DNA of 64,000 nucleotides from Sphingobacteriia bacterium (GTDB lineage Bacteria; Bacteroidota; Bacteroidia; Bacteroidales; UBA7960): NCBI GenBank assembly GCA_011390575.1, contig JAABSE010000007.1, positions 2,684 to 66,683 of the forward strand, read 5' to 3'. Shown piece by piece: positions 62,750 to 64,000 of this stretch (position 1 is its first letter; each line of letters starts with the position of its first letter). The notes under the pieces were generated by a model. It saw only the letters and a program-made list of their open reading frames with translations, ran no database searches and was not told where the DNA came from. The position numbers and the translations under genes were made by a program.

Positions 62750-64000
62750 ATGAAGCACGATGTCATCCAAAAATCCCATGCACGCAGCATCATGAATGGT
62801 CTGGATGAAGACCATATGTTTCCGCGCAAGATCCTCAGGGGCTCACAATTGGAGCATCTTCTGGAAAAGAACCAGTACCTGATTGACACCTCTTTGCCTT
62901 TCATCAAAAATCTGTACACACTGGTAAAGGGGTCCGGGTTTGTGATAACCCTTACCGACAACGAAGGGTGTATTCTTGAACTCACCGGCGATGCCGAAAC
63001 CATGCGCGATGCCAGTTTATTTGATATGATTCCAGGGGCATATATGAATGAAGAAAGTGTGGGTACCAACGCCATGGGTCTTGCCATCGACGAGAACCGG
63101 CCCATTCAGCTAACCGCCCAGGAGCATTTCATCAATGCCTACCACCGCTGGACATGCTCTTCGGCTCCCATTCACAATGAAGACGATGAAATTATTGGTG
63201 CACTCAACCTCATGGGCAAAAAAGACCAGGTGCATCCTCATACTTTAGGACTTGTAGTGGCCACAGTCAATTCCATCGAACAGCAATTCCGTAACCATAA
63301 ACTACACAAGGATCTTAGTGAGACCTCCGGTTTTCTCGATGCTGTAATCAACAACCTTTCTTATGCAACCTTTACCCTGAACCCATTAGGATACATCAAC
63401 CGGGTAAACAAAACAGCTGTAAAGATTTTCGATGTCAGCCGCTCCGAACTCTATGGCAGGCATATCAGTAAATACCTCAACCGCTGGCAGGAGATCTGGA
63501 ATGCAGTTCAAACGGGAGACAAAGTGCTCGACGAAGAGGTAACGGTTCATGGCATGCCCAAAAGCGGTGTTTATGTGATGAGTGCCATGCCCATTCTTAC
63601 CGAAGACAATCAATTCAATGGTGTAGTACTTACTTTTCGTGATATGAAAAGGGTATACAACATGGTGAATAAATATACCGGCATGAAAGCCCATTATACT
63701 TTCAGTGACATCATTGGCGCGAGCGCTACGATGCGTCGGTTGATTGAGTTTGCGGAAAAAGTATCTGACAGCCCTTCCACGATTCTTATCAATGGAGAAA
63801 GTGGTACAGGGAAGGAAGTGTTTGCCCAGTCCATCCACAATGCCAGTTCACGTTGCGATGCCGGGTTTGTGGCCGTAAACTGCGGAGCCATTCCCGAACA
63901 GCTTTTTGAAAGCGAATTGTTTGGGTATGATGACGGAGCATTTACCGGGGCGCGCAAAGGAGGTAAGCCAGGCAAATTTGAGCTGGCCAACGGCGGTACC
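62750..64000 (+). CDS. Sigma-54-dependent transcriptional activator (AcoR-like GAF + PAS + AAA+). This is the N-terminal 417 aa; it continues beyond the window.
   Basis: The ORF track omits it because it runs off the edge. Hand translation gives MKHDVIQKSHARSIMNGLDEDH...TLTDNEGCILELTGD...SVGTNAMGLAI. It continues through FSDIIGASATMRRL and Walker A (INGESGTGKE) to the sigma-54 contact loop (ESELFGYDDGAFTGA). Confidence 0.85.
   Translation, partial: MKHDVIQKSHARSIMNGLDEDHMFPRKILRGSQLEHLLEKNQYLIDTSLPFIKNLYTLVKGSGFVITLTDNEGCILELTGDAETMRDASLFDMIPGAYMNEESVGTNAMGLAIDENRPIQLTAQEHFINAYHRWTCSSAPIHNEDDEIIGALNLMGKKDQVHPHTLGLVVATVNSIEQQFRNHKLHKDLSETSGFLDAVINNLSYATFTLNPLGYINRVNKTAVKIFDVSRSELYGRHISKYLNRWQEIWNAVQTGDKVLDEEVTVHGMPKSGVYVMSAMPILTEDNQFNGVVLTFRDMKRVYNMVNKYTGMKAHYTFSDIIGASATMRRLIEFAEKVSDSPSTILINGESGTGKEVFAQSIHNASSRCDAGFVAVNCGAIPEQLFESELFGYDDGAFTGARKGGKPGKFELANGGT

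Overview
This is a 64-kb chromosomal segment of a Bacteroidota genome. The evidence is a SusC/SusD pair, two T9SS C-terminal sorting domains, acidic lipoprotein export signals, a glutaminyl cyclase and TAnnTTTG-type -7 boxes. I support about 46 protein genes and one tRNA-Ser(GGA). Two of the protein genes run off the window edges and are missing from the ORF track. I see no rRNA, CRISPR array, transposase or integrase. All family calls rest on motifs read by eye and recalled from memory, since no HMM or BLAST search was run.

The window has three blocks.

(1) 1-18.9 kb, minus strand: a polysaccharide-utilisation locus. It contains a propeller/Y_Y_Y-LuxR regulator, SusC, SusD, two GH144-like (PF10091-type) lipoproteins, a LamG lipoprotein, a 1167-aa T9SS-secreted protein built around an endonuclease/exonuclease/phosphatase (EEP) domain, a GPH symporter with a large insertion, a cytoplasmic GH35-like enzyme and a second EEP protein.

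(2) 19-53.5 kb: mixed housekeeping and envelope genes. These are DUF418, Lrp plus a PLP enzyme, a WYL regulator, a T9SS cargo protein, PAS-LuxR, glutaminyl cyclase, PIN-PhoH, ExbB/ExbD/ExbD, a MORN-repeat protein, OsmC, a MacB-type ABC pump with HlyD adaptor, an orphan PAS histidine kinase, MazG, a lipoprotein serpin, GcvH, VanZ, TonB, RecG, a SiaB-like kinase, and a TonB-dependent receptor with DUF4249.

(3) 53.8-62.5 kb: a seven-gene operon, abfD-abfT-4hbD-sucD-bcd-etfB-etfA, for succinate semialdehyde/4-hydroxybutyrate to butyryl-CoA. A sigma-54 enhancer-binding protein follows it.

The most unusual items are:
- the EEP-centred PUL;
- the EEP domain nested inside an Ig-like domain;
- the ~190-aa helical insert in the last periplasmic loop of the GPH transporter;
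- three tandem ~135-bp structured repeats downstream of the serpin gene;
- phased ATGAC half-sites with a -24/-12-like motif upstream of abfD.
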